Source: Dehalococcoidia bacterium (lineage in GTDB: Bacteria > Chloroflexota > Dehalococcoidia > UBA2979). From it: a stretch of DNA of 64,000 nucleotides. Position 1 is the first letter of the stretch. Each line of letters begins with the position of its first letter. A model generated the notes under the pieces. It searched no databases and had not been told where the DNA came from. It saw nothing but the letters and a program-made list of their open reading frames with translations. The translations under genes and the position numbers were made by a program. The stretch is from the NCBI GenBank assembly GCA_009379925.1, contig WHSU01000003.1, positions 10,160-74,159 on the forward strand. Direction: 5' to 3'. This document shows positions 1 through 12,900 of this stretch, in pieces.

Positions 1-161
1 CACGCGCGGCCCTCGAGGAGTACGCCGAGCGGGAGGCGTGGCAGGAGCGGTTGCGCGACCAACTCCCCAAGATGGATGAACTCCGCGAACGGATCCGTCG
101 GGCCCATGGCGGCGACCTGAGTGACAGCACCGATCTGATCCGTGAAGACCGCGACCGTTGA
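1..161 (+). CDS. Type II antitoxin, C-terminal fragment (5' end lies outside the window); partner of the downstream PIN toxin
   Basis: Frame 3 is open from the window edge and reads ...[48 protein letters not shown]. The TGA at 159-161 overlaps the TTG start (158) of the PIN gene (TTGA coupling). Confidence 0.5.
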   Translation, partial: RAALEEYAEREAWQERLRDQLPKMDELRERIRRAHGGDLSDSTDLIREDRDR

Positions 162-607
162 GAGGGCGAGCCGGACTCGTCGTCGACGCCTCGATTGTCG
201 TCAAATGGGTGCTACCGGAAGCCGACTCACCCCAAGCGCGTGAGGTCCTCCGCCGTATGGCAGAAGGCGACATCGAAGCGTTCGCGCCGGATACCATCGT
301 CTCGGAAGTCGGCAACGCGATCTGGAAGCGCTGCTGGCTGCTCGGAGAAATCGACGATGAGGGGGCTCGCCGCGCCCTCGACGGCGTGTTGACGATCCTT
401 CCTGATCTCACCCCAGGCCTCCCCCTCGCGGCGCAGGCGCTCGAACTCGCGCTCACGTTCCGCTATCCCGTCTACGACTGTGTGTACGTCGCGCTCGCCC
501 TCCAGCACGGCTGTCCGCTGGTCACGGCCGACCGCCGGCTCGTACGCGCACTCGGCCCGGCGACCGGGCACGTCGTCCACCTCGATGACTGGGCCTCGGA
601 CGCCTGA
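158..607 (+). CDS. vapC: PIN-domain ribonuclease toxin (VapC family)
   Basis: 149-aa ORF. It shows the PIN pattern: N-terminal [10 protein letters not shown] (acidic residue 1), central [19 protein letters not shown], and C-terminal LVTADRRL. There is a 4-nt overlap with the upstream small ORF. Confidence 0.8.
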   Translation: MRGRAGLVVDASIVVKWVLPEADSPQAREVLRRMAEGDIEAFAPDTIVSEVGNAIWKRCWLLGEIDDEGARRALDGVLTILPDLTPGLPLAAQALELALTFRYPVYDCVYVALALQHGCPLVTADRRLVRALGPATGHVVHLDDWASDA

Positions 608-672
608 CCCCAGGCTCGAGGGTCAACGAGCCGGTACGCCCCTTAACTCCGCTCGCCCCTGATTGCCGTACA

Positions 673-1641
<969 letters not shown>

Positions 1642-1652
1642 GCCGCTTCCGG

Positions 1653-2306
1653 ATGCCTGTCGCTCGAAGCGAGCAACGGTTGATCGGCGTCCTCGCCCTC
1701 CAGGGCGATTTCGCGGAGCACCTGGACGCGCTGCGTGCCGCCGGCGCACGGGCCATCGAGGTGCGCACGCTGGCGCACCTGGAGCAAGTGGATGGCCTGG
1801 TCATCCCCGGCGGCGAGAGCACGACGATCGCACGCTTGTTGCTCATCTTCGACCTCATGGAGCCGCTGCGCCGCCGCATCGAGGACGGCATGCCGGTCTG
1901 GGGCACCTGCGCCGGCGCCATCCTGCTCGCCACGGACGTCCCCGGTCTGGACCGCCCGCCGATCGCCGTCATGCCAATGAGCGTCGAGCGCAACGCCTTC
2001 GGGCCGCAGACCGCGTCGTTCGAGGCCGACCTGGACATCGCGGGCCTGGAGGGCGCGCCGTTGCGTGCCGTCTTCATCCGCGCACCGGTCATCACCAGCG
2101 TCGGCGACGGCGTGGAGGTGCTGGCGCGGTTGGAGGACGGGCGCATTGTGGCGGCCCGCTCGGGACGGCTGCTGGCCACCTCCTTCCACCCGGAGCTGAC
2201 CCCGGACCACCGCATGCACGCGCTGTTCGTGGGGATGGTGAGGCAGGCTGTACCGGCGCAGGCGGCCGCCAGCGACGATGGGCGGGCGAGGGGAGAGGTC
2301 GCATGA
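1653..2306 (+). CDS. pdxT: Pyridoxal 5'-phosphate synthase, glutaminase subunit PdxT
   Basis: IGVLALQGDFAEHL..., GLVIPGGESTT, WGTCAGAILLA (catalytic Cys) and SFHPELT match PdxT. It lies directly downstream of pdxS. Confidence 0.95.
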   Translation: MPVARSEQRLIGVLALQGDFAEHLDALRAAGARAIEVRTLAHLEQVDGLVIPGGESTTIARLLLIFDLMEPLRRRIEDGMPVWGTCAGAILLATDVPGLDRPPIAVMPMSVERNAFGPQTASFEADLDIAGLEGAPLRAVFIRAPVITSVGDGVEVLARLEDGRIVAARSGRLLATSFHPELTPDHRMHALFVGMVRQAVPAQAAASDDGRARGEVA

Positions 2307-3271
2307 CCGAGACCCACGCCCCGCGTCCCCTCGATCTCGTCGCGCTCGTGACCTTCGACGAAGACGTGCGCGAGAACCTGGCCGTAACCCGCGAGGCGCT
2401 GGGCGGACCGCCGGCCGCGCCGAAGCCGGTGGGGGTCGCGATCGAGCAATGGCTGCACCTCGGCCGCCAGATGTGGATCTCGCTGCGCGGCCGCCAGGTG
2501 CAGGGAATCGCCACGGCGCGCGAACTCTCAGCGCGCTCCGCGTGGCAGATCGATGCGCTCATCGATGCCGACGACGAGGCGACCGAGGGCGAGCCAGGGC
2601 GTGTGTTGAACGACCTGCTGCGGCAGGCGATCCTGGCGGCGCAGGCCGCCCGCGTCACTCACATCCTGCTGCGCACCCGCAGCGACGCCCCGGCCGTCTC
2701 GGAGGCCCTGCGCACCGGTTTCCTCCGCGCCTCGGAGGAGCGGTTGTGGCACGGCGACCCGGCGGCGCTGGCATCGCTGGAGGGCGGCGCCGCCGTCGAG
2801 GTGCGCCCGCGCCGGCCGCAGGACACCTTCGCCCTGTTCCAGCTCTACGGCCGCGCGGTCCCCATGGAAGCGCGGCAGGCGCTGGCGATGACGCTGGAGG
2901 AGTGGGAGGCCGTGCGCGAGCGGCGCTGGTGCGCCCGTGGCGGGATCGACCTGGTGGCATCCGAGCAGGGACGCCTCACCGGCGCCCTCCGCGGCGCCCG
3001 GGACGAGGGTGTCGCCCAGCTGGAACTGCTCGTGGAGCCGGGACACGAGGCGGCCGGGGCGACGCTGCTCGCGGAGGCGTCGGAGCACCTCGAGGGGGCG
3101 GCGCGCCTGCTGGCGCTGGTGGCGCGGTCCGCGGGGGCCACAGAGCACCTCCTGCGCAACGCGGGCATGGAGCCCACCGGCGACTACGTACTCCTCAGCC
3201 GGCGCATCGCCAGGCCGGTGCGGGAGGAGGCCCGGAGGCGGCGGGGCATCGCCATCCCAACACGCGGCTAA
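2303..3271 (+). CDS. Hypothetical protein, possibly a tandem GNAT-like fold; translationally coupled to pdxT
   Basis: 322-aa ORF with high GC3. Its ATG overlaps the pdxT stop (ATGA). Two halves each end in a GNAT-like ...A..L..GF/GM pattern (SEALRTGF; HLLRNAGM), but I see no clear acetyl-CoA P-loop. Confidence 0.55.
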   Translation: MTETHAPRPLDLVALVTFDEDVRENLAVTREALGGPPAAPKPVGVAIEQWLHLGRQMWISLRGRQVQGIATARELSARSAWQIDALIDADDEATEGEPGRVLNDLLRQAILAAQAARVTHILLRTRSDAPAVSEALRTGFLRASEERLWHGDPAALASLEGGAAVEVRPRRPQDTFALFQLYGRAVPMEARQALAMTLEEWEAVRERRWCARGGIDLVASEQGRLTGALRGARDEGVAQLELLVEPGHEAAGATLLAEASEHLEGAARLLALVARSAGATEHLLRNAGMEPTGDYVLLSRRIARPVREEARRRRGIAIPTRG

Positions 3272-3326
3272 CGACACACGGACGGACAACCAGGACGCGA
3301 CGCATCAGCAATCGCGAGGTCAAGCA

Positions 3327-5036
3327 GTGACGGCTGACGAACGGGACCTGAGCAACGGCACCACCGACGATCGTCCCACCCTGGCGGAGGGCGAAGGCCA
3401 GTACGCGCCGCCGTCCGAGGGGTTGGACCAGGCGCAGCCGGCCACCGCCACGCAGGACGGCGACCGCGCCGAGATCGAGTTGCTCATCGACATGATGCCG
3501 TCGCGGGTGGCCACCGCGATCCGCGAGCGCAGCACGCGCGGACTGATCGAGGTGGTGTTGGACCTCGGGCGTGTGCCCACGGTGCGCTACACCACGGGCG
3601 AAGAGACCCTGAGCAGCGACGAAGTCACCGAGCAGGAGATCGAACAGGTCGTGGCGCGCGTCTCCGAGTTCGGCGAGGACAACCGCGCCGGCATCCCACG
3701 GACGCTGCACCGCATCTCCGCGATCCGCAACCGCCGGGGCCGCATCGTGGGCCTCACGTGCCGCGTCGGACGCAGTGTCTCCGGTTCCAGCAACATCCTG
3801 CGTGACCTCATCGAGTCCGGGAACAGCATCCTGCTGCTGGGGGCGCCCGGCGTGGGCAAGACGACGATGCTCCGCGACGTCGCGCGCATGCTGGCGGACG
3901 AGGTGGGCAAGCGAGTCGTGATCGTGGACACCTCCAACGAGATCGGTGGTGACGGCGACATCCCGCACCGTGGCATCGGCCGTGCGCGGCGCATGCAGGT
4001 GCAGCGCCCGGAGCTGCAGCACGAGGTGATGATCGAGGCGGTGGAGAACCACACGCCGGAGGTCATCGTGATCGACGAGATCGGCACGGCGCTGGAGGCA
4101 GACGCCGCGCGCACCATCGCCGAGCGCGGCGTGCAACTCGTGGGCACCGCCCACGGCAACACGCTGGCGAACCTGATGCAGAACCCGACGCTGTCCGACC
4201 TGATCGGCGGCATCGAGTCGGTGACGTTGTCCGACGAGGAGGCGCGGCGTCGAGGCACGCAGAAGACCATCCTCGAACGGCGCAACCCGCCGACCTTCGA
4301 CTCGCTCGTCGAGATCCAGTCCTTCACCCGCGTCGCCGTGCACGAGGACGTCGCCACCACTGTGGACGCGCTGCTGCGCGGCTACGAGACGGAGGCGGAG
4401 GTCCGCGTGATGGACGGCGCCGGCGAGGTCGAGACTGTGGAACGCGTCCCGCTGCGCGCCAGCACCGAGGAGCCCCTGGCGCCCCGCGAAGACCTCGACA
4501 TGCGCCGTCCCGTGCCGCCCGCGCCCACGGGGCCGGAGCGCCGCGTCCTGCCGTTCGGCATCAGCCGGGGGCGCCTGGAGGCCGCGATCGCGGCCACCCG
4601 CTCACCGGTGACCATCGTGGAGACCGTGCGCGATGCGGACATGGTGATGACGCTGCGGCCGTACTATCGCCGGCGCAGCGGCCCGCTAAAGCAGGCCGAG
4701 GAGCGCGGCATCCCCGTCTACGTGCTGCGCAACAACACGACCTCGCAGATGGAGCGCCAGCTGGTGGCGCTGCGCGGCGAGGGCGACGTGCTGGACCCTA
4801 CGACCGCGGCGCTTCGTGAGACCGAGGAGGCGATCGGCAACGTCTCCTTCGAGGGCGCCGCGAGCGTTGAGCTGGCGCCGCAGAACGCCTACGTGCGCCG
4901 CCTGCAACACGAGATGGCCACGCGACACGGGCTGCGCAGCCTCTCGAAGGGCCGCGAGCCGTTCCGTCGCGTGACCGTGCTGGCGCCCGGCGCCCCGGTG
5001 CCGGGCGCCTACGACGAGGCGGCACGCCGCCGATGA
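3327..5036 (+). CDS. AAA+ ATPase with C-terminal R3H domain (SpoIIIAA-like / Ycf45-like family)
   Basis: Walker [15 protein letters not shown], Walker B VIVIDEIG, and the conserved [21 protein letters not shown]. The C-terminal [37 protein letters not shown] is R3H-like. A GTG start at 3327 is preceded by GAGG. The track ORF's 5' part (2937-3326) overlaps the previous gene. Confidence 0.8.
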   Translation: MTADERDLSNGTTDDRPTLAEGEGQYAPPSEGLDQAQPATATQDGDRAEIELLIDMMPSRVATAIRERSTRGLIEVVLDLGRVPTVRYTTGEETLSSDEVTEQEIEQVVARVSEFGEDNRAGIPRTLHRISAIRNRRGRIVGLTCRVGRSVSGSSNILRDLIESGNSILLLGAPGVGKTTMLRDVARMLADEVGKRVVIVDTSNEIGGDGDIPHRGIGRARRMQVQRPELQHEVMIEAVENHTPEVIVIDEIGTALEADAARTIAERGVQLVGTAHGNTLANLMQNPTLSDLIGGIESVTLSDEEARRRGTQKTILERRNPPTFDSLVEIQSFTRVAVHEDVATTVDALLRGYETEAEVRVMDGAGEVETVERVPLRASTEEPLAPREDLDMRRPVPPAPTGPERRVLPFGISRGRLEAAIAATRSPVTIVETVRDADMVMTLRPYYRRRSGPLKQAEERGIPVYVLRNNTTSQMERQLVALRGEGDVLDPTTAALRETEEAIGNVSFEGAASVELAPQNAYVRRLQHEMATRHGLRSLSKGREPFRRVTVLAPGAPVPGAYDEAARRR

Positions 5037-5052
5037 GCCTCGGCGGGGCGGC

Positions 5053-5706
5053 ATGAGCGGCGACGCGGGCGCGCGCGGGCTCTTCGTCACGCTGGAGGGC
5101 GGCGAGGGCTCCGGGAAGTCGACGCAGCTGAAAGCGCTGGCGCGCCTCGGGCGCCGCGACAACTTCCGCGTCGTCACGTGCCGGGAGCCCGGTGGCACCA
5201 CGCTGGGCGAGGCGCTACGCGAGCTGCTCTTCTCCGGCGACGCGCCGGCGACGTCCACGGAGCTGCTGATGTTCGCCGCGGCACGGGCTCAGCTCGTGGA
5301 GGAGGTGATCCGCCCGGCCCTCGCGAACGGCGCGCTCGTGATCTGCGACCGTTTCGCCGACTCCACCCTGGCCTACCAGCACTACGGCCGCGGACTCGAC
5401 CTCGACCAGGTGCGCGCGGTGAACCAGGTCGCGACGGGCGGCCTGCAACCGGACCTCACGCTGCTGCTCGACCTCGACCCCACCGAGGGCGTCGCCCGCA
5501 CCTCGACCCGGCGCGACGGCGGGGAGTTCGAGGACTACCTGGAACGCGAGACGCTGGCCTTCCACCGCGCGGTCCGCCTCGGCTTCCTCGAACTGGCCGC
5601 CGCCGAGCCCGACCGCTGGCTCGTCCTCGATGCGACGAAGCCCGTGATGCAAGTCACCCACGCGGCCTGGGAGCGCATCACGGCGGTGGCGGCGGAGCGA
5701 CGCTAG
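5053..5706 (+). CDS. tmk: Thymidylate kinase
   Basis: FVTLEGGEGSGKSTQ P-loop, CREPGGT, DRFADSTLAYQ. Confidence 0.95.
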   Translation: MSGDAGARGLFVTLEGGEGSGKSTQLKALARLGRRDNFRVVTCREPGGTTLGEALRELLFSGDAPATSTELLMFAAARAQLVEEVIRPALANGALVICDRFADSTLAYQHYGRGLDLDQVRAVNQVATGGLQPDLTLLLDLDPTEGVARTSTRRDGGEFEDYLERETLAFHRAVRLGFLELAAAEPDRWLVLDATKPVMQVTHAAWERITAVAAERR

Positions 5707-6137
5707 ATCCAGCGGCGGACGCTGGCGCGGTACGCCCGGTACTCCTCGCCGAACTTCGTCTCCAGGTAGCGCTCTTCCGGCAGGATCGCGACGAAGTGCG
5801 CGATCAGCGTGAGGGCCACCGCAACACCGAGGCCGGTCAGCGTGTCCAGGAGCACGGCGAGCCCCAGGAATACGATCGTGGCGCCCGCGTAGATCGGGTT
5901 GCGGCTCACGCGGAACGCCCCGTTCGTGAGTACCCGCCCCGTTGCTTGCCTCGGGTCGGGGGTCTCACCCGACCGCTGAAAGCTGGCGACACCCCAGGCC
6001 CACAGCGCGAGACCGAGGACGATCAACGGCGCCCGGCAAGCAGCGCTACGGCCTGCGGGAGAAAACGGCACCGGGACCACGCGGTCGACGACCACGATCA
6101 GCACGAAGGCGCCCACAAAGAGGACCTGAGGCGTCAT
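5703..6137 (-). CDS. Isoprenylcysteine carboxyl methyltransferase (ICMT/PEMT-like) family membrane protein
   Basis: TNGAFRVSRNPIYAGATIVFLG ... LPEERYLETKFGEEYRAYRASVRRWI is the ICMT-family C-terminal signature. An ATG at 6137 is preferred; the longer ORF extends to 6215. The 3' end overlaps the tmk stop by 4 nt. Confidence 0.75.
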   Translation of the reverse strand: MTPQVLFVGAFVLIVVVDRVVPVPFSPAGRSAACRAPLIVLGLALWAWGVASFQRSGETPDPRQATGRVLTNGAFRVSRNPIYAGATIVFLGLAVLLDTLTGLGVAVALTLIAHFVAILPEERYLETKFGEEYRAYRASVRRWI

Positions 6138-6266
6138 GAGTGCGGACGGTCCAGCGAGTGAGAAGGCATGCCGGCCCCCTCGGCTATCCGCTCCCCCGGT
6201 ACTGAACGGAAGCAACGTGGCCGCCCCATGGGACGGCCACGTGATCTCGACCCGGGGACCTCGAGG

Positions 6267-7442
6267 CTAGCTGACGCGCTCGAAGATGCTGGCGATGCCC
6301 TGGCCGCCGCCGATGCACAGCGACACGAGTCCGTAGCGACCGCCCGTGCGCTCCAGCTCGTACATCGTCTTCACCGTGAGGATGGTGCCCGTCGCGCCCA
6401 CCGGGTGCCCGAGGGCGATCGCGCCGCCATTCGGGTTCGTCTTGTCCTGCGGCAGGTTGAGCACCACCGAGCAGGCCGCGGCCACCGAGGCGAACGCCTC
6501 GTTCAGCTCGATGACGTCCATGTCCTCCACGGTGAGGTTGGCTTTCGCCATCACCTTCTCGATGGCGGGGATTGGGCCCGAGCCCATGATCGAGGGCTCC
6601 ACGCCGGACTCCGCGCGGGCGACCAGGCGCAGGCGGGGCTTGATACCCAGCTCGGCGGCCTTCGAGGCGGTGGTCACGATCACGGCGGCGGCGCCGTCGT
6701 TCAGGCCAGAGGCGTTGCCGGCGGTCACGCTGCCGTCCTGCTTGAAGGCGGGGCGGAGCTTGCCCAGCACCTCGAGCGAGGTCGCGCGGGGATGCTCGTC
6801 CGTGTCAAAGGTGATGGTGTCGCGGCCCTTGCGGACCTCTATGGGAGCGATCTGGTCGACGAAGAGCCCCGCCTCGATCGCCTTCGCGGCACGCTCCTGC
6901 GAGCGCAGCGCGTACTCGTCCTGCACGCTGCGCGAGACCTCGTAGCGCTCGGCCAGGTTCTCGGCAGTGATGCCCATGGGGACATCCTCAAACGGGTCGG
7001 TCACGAGGTCCTGCGTGCCGTCCTCCAGCGTGCCGTCGCCGTAGCGGTAGCCGAAGCGCCCCTTGCGCACGTAGTACGGCATCAGGCTCATGCTCTCGGC
7101 GCCGCCGGCCACCACCACCTCGGCGTCTCCGGTCTGGAGCCAGCGGGCGGCGGTGTTGATCGCCTCGAGGCCGGAGCCGCAGATGCGGTTCACGGTGTAC
7201 GCGGGGGTACCGATGGGCATACCGGCCTTCACGGCGGCGTGGCGCGCGATGTATCCGTCCTCCGCCACCTGGCCGACGCACCCGAGGATGACCTGGTCCA
7301 CCTGCTCGGGCGAGAGGCCCGCGCGGTTGACCGCCTCCTTGATCACGTGGGCAGCCAGGTCAGACGCCGACGTCTCGCTCAGGGAACCGCCAAACGTGCC
7401 GATGGCCGTTCGGCAGCCACTCAGCAGCACGATGTCTTCCAT
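6267..7442 (-). CDS. Acetyl-CoA C-acetyltransferase (thiolase II)
   Basis: MEDIVLLSGCRTAIGTFGGSL, NRICGSGLEAI (active-site Cys), NEAFAS, and the C-terminal GLVSLCIGGGQGIA. Confidence 0.95.
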   Translation of the reverse strand: MEDIVLLSGCRTAIGTFGGSLSETSASDLAAHVIKEAVNRAGLSPEQVDQVILGCVGQVAEDGYIARHAAVKAGMPIGTPAYTVNRICGSGLEAINTAARWLQTGDAEVVVAGGAESMSLMPYYVRKGRFGYRYGDGTLEDGTQDLVTDPFEDVPMGITAENLAERYEVSRSVQDEYALRSQERAAKAIEAGLFVDQIAPIEVRKGRDTITFDTDEHPRATSLEVLGKLRPAFKQDGSVTAGNASGLNDGAAAVIVTTASKAAELGIKPRLRLVARAESGVEPSIMGSGPIPAIEKVMAKANLTVEDMDVIELNEAFASVAAACSVVLNLPQDKTNPNGGAIALGHPVGATGTILTVKTMYELERTGGRYGLVSLCIGGGQGIASIFERVS

Positions 7443-7540
7443 GGTTCCTCCCCCTCAGTGCCCCCGCCCAGGGGACCGTCCGGTGTGCGTTTCGCGAAGT
7501 GTGCGCGAGGCCCAATTGTCGAAGTATATCGAATCGGTAT

Positions 7541-8788
7541 CTACTCGACCTGCGTCGCCCCGATGGCCGGCTCCCGCTCCAGCTCGAAGGCGCTGTGCAG
7601 GGCGCGCACAGCGTCCGCCACGCGGTCGGACTCGACGACACAGGTGATGCGGATGTCGGACGTGCTGATCATGTTGATGTTGATCTCGTGGTCGAAGAGC
7701 GTGCGGAACATCTTCGCCGCGTAGCCCGGCGCGCTCGCCATCCCCGTCCCCACGATCGAGACCGTCCCGAGGTCCGGCGCGAAGACCACCTCGCTGCCGC
7801 CGATGTGCGGCAGGACGTTCTGGACCACGCGCAGGGCGCCCTCCAGGTCTTCCGGCGCCACCGTGAACGTCATGTCCGTCAGATTCTCGACGCTGGCGTT
7901 CTGCACGATCGTGTCGACCGAGACGTTGGCGTCCGCCAGCGGCTCGAAGAGGTACGCGGCGATGCCCGGGCGGTCCGGGACTCCTCGCACCGTGACCTTC
8001 GCGATGTGTGACTGGTGCGCGATGCCGCGGACCTTGTTGCCCTGCTCCATGCTCGTCTCCCTGTGGATCAGCGTACCGGGGAGGGTAGGGTCGAAGCTGC
8101 TCTTCACCCGGACCGGCACGTCGTACACTGCGCCCAGTTCGACGGCCCGCGCGTGCATCACCCGTGCGCCGGTGGTCGCCATCTCCAGCATCTCCTCGTA
8201 GCCGATGTCGAGGAGTGGGCGGGCGTCCGGGCAGATACGCGGGTCGGCAGTGTAGATGCCGGCGACGTCCGTGTAGATCTCGCACGCGTCGGCCTGCAGC
8301 GCCGCCGCGAGCGCGACGGCGGTCGTATCGCTCGCGCCTCGGCCGAGCGTGGTGACGTCGCTGGCCTCGCTGACCCCCTGGAAGCCCGCCACGATCACCA
8401 CCCGCCCGGCCGCGAGTTCACGTTCGACGCGCTCCGCATCGATCTCCGCGATGCGGGCGCGGCGGTGCACGGCGTCCGTACGGATGCCGGCCTGCGCGCC
8501 GGACAGACTGACGGCGTCGACCCCCAGGTCGTGGAGGGCCATCGAGAGCAGCGCGCTCGACACGATCTCCCCGGTAGAAAGCAGCACATCCATCTCGCGG
8601 GGATGTGGGTGCGGCGCCACCTCGTGTGCCAGCGAAGTGAGGTCGTCCGTGGTGTCTCCCATGGCGGAGACGCTGGCCACCACCTCCTCGCCCAGACGGC
8701 GGCGCTCCGCGATGAGTCCCGCCACCCGCAGGATGTGAGCGGCCGTGGCGACCGAGGAGCCACCGTACTTCTGGACGATGCGGGTCAT
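7541..8788 (-). CDS. lysC: Aspartate kinase
   Basis: [10 protein letters not shown], the kinase core, and tandem ACT domains at the C-terminus ([12 protein letters not shown]). Confidence 0.95.
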   Translation of the reverse strand: MTRIVQKYGGSSVATAAHILRVAGLIAERRRLGEEVVASVSAMGDTTDDLTSLAHEVAPHPHPREMDVLLSTGEIVSSALLSMALHDLGVDAVSLSGAQAGIRTDAVHRRARIAEIDAERVERELAAGRVVIVAGFQGVSEASDVTTLGRGASDTTAVALAAALQADACEIYTDVAGIYTADPRICPDARPLLDIGYEEMLEMATTGARVMHARAVELGAVYDVPVRVKSSFDPTLPGTLIHRETSMEQGNKVRGIAHQSHIAKVTVRGVPDRPGIAAYLFEPLADANVSVDTIVQNASVENLTDMTFTVAPEDLEGALRVVQNVLPHIGGSEVVFAPDLGTVSIVGTGMASAPGYAAKMFRTLFDHEININMISTSDIRITCVVESDRVADAVRALHSAFELEREPAIGATQVE

Positions 8789-9684
8789 GCGTGCTCCGGC
8801 GTCCCGATCACCTGCGCGCCGGTGGCGCTGAACCCGCAGATGCGGGCGTCCGCGTCCAGGCCATGGGCCGCTGCCGCCTCGCGCATGGCGCCGGCGACCT
8901 CGTCCCCGCGGTCCGAGACGAACGCCGCCACCGTAGAACCGCCACCCGAGAGGTAGACCCCATGGGCGCCCGAGTCACGGGCCGCCTGGAAGATCGAGTA
9001 CATCGAGGGGAACAGCGCGGCGCGGGCGGGCTGGTGCAGGACGTCCTCGGTGGCCACGCCCAGCAGGTCATAACGGCGGGTGTTGAGCGCGAGCACCAGG
9101 AGGGCTGCCCGGCCGATGTTGTGTACGGCCTGGTTGCGCGTCAGCCGGTCCGGCAGGCGCTGGCGAGACTCGTTGGTCGGCATCGAAAAGTCGGGGACCA
9201 GGAGCGCCAGCCTCAGTCCGTCCGGCGCCTCGAAGCGCCCGTGGACGAACTCGTCGTCGTCCTCGACCACCACCTGGAAGCCGCCGAGCATCGCCGGGGT
9301 CGCGTTGTCGCCGTGGCCCTCCAGGCGACAGACTAGCGGGAGCAACTCCTTCGGCGAACGGCCGCCCTCGATCAGCGCCTCGGCGGCCAGGACACCGGCC
9401 GCCCGCGCCGAGGCGGACACGCCGAGGCCCCGCCCGACGGGGATGTCACCCTCGTAGGTAGCGGAGATGCCCGCTGGCACCTGCATGCCGGCGTGCTGGT
9501 AGAGCGTGAGCGCCGCCGAGGCCGCCATGCGCTCGACCGGTCCGGAGGGCGCCGGGAGCACCTCGTCGGCGACGGTCAGGGTGATGCGCGCGTTCCAATC
9601 GAGCGCGACGCCCAGGCTGTCGAAGCCGGGACCGAGGTTGGCGGAGGTCGCCGGCACCTGGACAGTCACACTGCGTTGGGACAT
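8785..9684 (-). CDS. thrB: Homoserine kinase
   Basis: [21 protein letters not shown] and [13 protein letters not shown] are GHMP kinase motifs. The stop overlaps the lysC start by 4 nt. Confidence 0.9.
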   Translation of the reverse strand: MSQRSVTVQVPATSANLGPGFDSLGVALDWNARITLTVADEVLPAPSGPVERMAASAALTLYQHAGMQVPAGISATYEGDIPVGRGLGVSASARAAGVLAAEALIEGGRSPKELLPLVCRLEGHGDNATPAMLGGFQVVVEDDDEFVHGRFEAPDGLRLALLVPDFSMPTNESRQRLPDRLTRNQAVHNIGRAALLVLALNTRRYDLLGVATEDVLHQPARAALFPSMYSIFQAARDSGAHGVYLSGGGSTVAAFVSDRGDEVAGAMREAAAAHGLDADARICGFSATGAQVIGTPEHA

Positions 9685-9927
9685 AGGGCCAGTCTAGAGT
9701 CGCCCCGATCCAGCGGCAACGCGAGCGCGCATCGGGGGCGGAGCGTCGCGTCTTGCCCCGCTGCGGGCGACGGGTGTAGATTGCGGGCCTAGCGCGCACC
9801 CGCACACCCGTTCGCGCAGGCGTTGAGCGGTTTCGCCGAATGGCCCGCCGCTCCGCCCCCGTTCCGGGTGGGCTACGGGCGTAAAATTCAGCAACTCAAC
9901 CACTCGAGGGGAGACCGGGCGGGAGCG

Positions 9928-12900
9928 ATGTTCACCCACCTCCACACCCACTCCGAGTTCTCGCTCCTCGACGGCATGTCGAAGATCCCGGACCTCGTCG
10001 AGCGCGCGAAGATGCTCGGCCAGGACGCGCTGGCAATCACCGATCACGGCGCGATGTACGGCGCCATCCAGTTCTACGAGGCGGCGAAGGCGCAGGGCAT
10101 CAAGCCCATCATCGGCCTCGAGGCGTACGTCTCTCCCGGCAGCCGTTTCGACAAGGACGCGAAGTCCCGCTGGCCCTACCACCTGACCTTGCTGGCACAG
10201 AACGCCGAGGGCTACCAGAACCTCCTGAAGCTCTCCAGCGCGTCCCACCTCGAGGGTTTCTATTACCGCCCGAGGGTGGACCGGGAGCTGCTGGAACAGC
10301 ACAACGCCGGCATCATCGCGCTGTCCGCTTGCCCCTCCGGCGAACTGATGCTCGCGCTGCGCGACGGGCGGGACGAGGACGCACGCGCCGTCGCCGGCTG
10401 GTACAGCGACCTGTTCAAGGACCGCTACTACGTCGAGCTCCAGGAGCACGGCCAGGACGAGTTCTCCCGCTTCAACCCGAAGCTCGTGGAACTCGCGCGG
10501 CGGATGGACCTGCCGCTGGTCGTGACCAACGACTCGCACTACACGTCGCCCGAGCAGCATCGAGCGCACGACACGCTGCTCTGCATCGGCACGAACAGCA
10601 CGATCCACGACGAGGGCCGCTTCCAGCTGGACGGCGACTCGTTCTATCTGAAGTCCGAGCAAGAGATGCGCGCGCTCTTCCCAGAGCTGCCGGAGGCGGC
10701 CGACAACACGGCGCGCATCGCGGAGCAGGTGGACATCCGCCTCGACTTCGGGCGCACCATGCTGCCGGACCCCGGCGTGCCGGACGGGATGACCGCCGCC
10801 GAGTACCTGCGCCAGCTGAGCGAGGAGGGCCTCGCGAGGCGCTACCCGCACGCCACCGACGCGCATCGCGAGCGCCTGCGCTACGAGTTGGACGTCGTCG
10901 GCCAGACCGGCTTCGACGAGTACATGCTGATCGTGCGAGACATCGCGCAGTTCGCCCGCCGCCAGGGGATCATGATGGGCGTGCGCGGCTCCGCCGCCGC
11001 CTCGATCATCCTCTACTGCACGGACGTCACCGACATCGAGCCGCTGCAGTACGGCCTGGTCTTCGAGCGCTTCCTCAACCCCGAGCGCATCTCGATGCCT
11101 GACGTGGACTTTGACTTCGCCGACGACCGGCGCGAGGAAGTGATCCGCTACACCGCGGAGCGCTACGGGCGTGACCGCGTGGCGCAGATCTGCACCTTCG
11201 GGACGCTGGGCGCGAAGGCGGCCATCCGAGACACCGGGCGCGCGCTGGGCGTGAACTTCGGCGACACCGACCGCGTGGCCCGGATGGTCCCGGACGCGTT
11301 GCACATCACGCTGGACAAGGCGCTCGACGAGTCCTCCGAGCTGAAGGCCGCCTACGAGGCGGAGCCGCAGGTCCACGACCTGGTCGACACCGCCCGCAGC
11401 CTGGAGGGCGTCGCGCGGCACGCCAGCACGCATGCCGCCGGCATCGTCATCTCGCGCGACCCGCTGACCGACATCGTGCCGCTGCAACGGGCGACGTCAT
11501 CGAAGGCAGACGACGAGTCGTTGCCCACCACGCAGTACGCGATGGGCGACATCGACAAGATCGGCCTGCTCAAGATGGACTTCCTGGGGCTCACCAACCT
11601 CAGCATCCTGGGCGCCGCCGTCGAGATGATCCGCCGCGAACGCGGCGAGGACATCGACCTGATGACGTTGCCGGACGGAGACCCGGCCACCGCCGACCTG
11701 CTCTCCAATGGCGAGACCTTCGGGGTCTTCCAGATGGAGTCCTCCGGCATGCGGCGCTACGTCGTGGACCTGAAGCCGCAGAACATCCGTGAGCTGGCGG
11801 CCATGGTCGCCCTCTTCCGTCCCGGCCCCATGGAGCACATCCCGCGCTACATCGAGGTGAAGCACGCGCGCGCCGAGCCCCACTACCCGCACCCGGACCT
11901 GGCCGAGGTCCTGGACGAGACGTACGGCGTCATCACCTATCAGGACCAGGTACTCCAGATCGCCCGACGCTTCGCCGGCTACTCGCTGGGCCAGGCGGAC
12001 GTCATGCGCAAGGCGATGGGCAAGAAGATCGCCGCCGTCATGCTCCAGGAGCGCGAGGGGTTCATCCAGGGCGCCCTGGCGCAGGGCTACGAGCGCAAGA
12101 CGGCGGAGACGCTGTTCGACCTCATCGAGCCGTTCGCCGGCTACGCGTTCAACAAGGCGCACGCCTTCTCGTACGGCACCATCGCGTGGCAGACCGCCTA
12201 CCTGAAGGCGCACTACCCAGTCGAATACATGGCCGCCGTCCTCATGTCCGCCGGCGGGTCCCAGGATCGCATCGCCGCCGCGATCGCGGAGTGCACGCGG
12301 CTGAAGGTGCCGGTGCTCGCTCCCGACGTGAACCGCTCGGAGGTGAACTTCAGCATTGAGCGGATGCCGGACGGCGTCGAGGCCATCCGCTTCGGCCTGG
12401 CCCAGGTGAAGAACGTGGGCGCCGGCGGCATCATCACCCTCATCGAGGAGCGCGAAGCGAATGGCCCGTTCGAGTCCGTCGAGGACTTCGCACGGCGCCT
12501 GAACCCGCGCGAGGTGAACAAGCGCGTCATCGAGTCGCTCACGAAGGCGGGCGCCCTCGACAGCCTGGGCGACCGCGGCGCGATCATCGGCGGCGTCGAC
12601 CGCATCCTCTCACTCGCGCAGCAGGAACAGCGTCTGCGCGAGACCGGGCAGTCCTCCATGTTCGACCTCTTCGGCGCACAGGTGGACACGCCACTCCCGG
12701 CCCTCGAACTGGGCACTGTCGAGGTGCCCTCCGGGCAGTTGCTCGCGTGGGAGAAGGAGTTGTTGGGCACCTACATCTCCGACCATCCGTTCAAGCGGGC
12801 CGCCGCGCGCCTCGGCGAGTACGTCAGCGCTCAGACCGCCGAATTGACGGAGGACCTGGCGGGCCAGGAGGCCGTAGTCGCCGGCATGGTCGTCGGGGTG

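Noticed and set aside
9694-11487. 597-aa minus-strand ORF
   Set aside because: It is antisense to the PHP and polymerase core of dnaE. It has no recognisable domain, and its composition is a GC-driven artefact.
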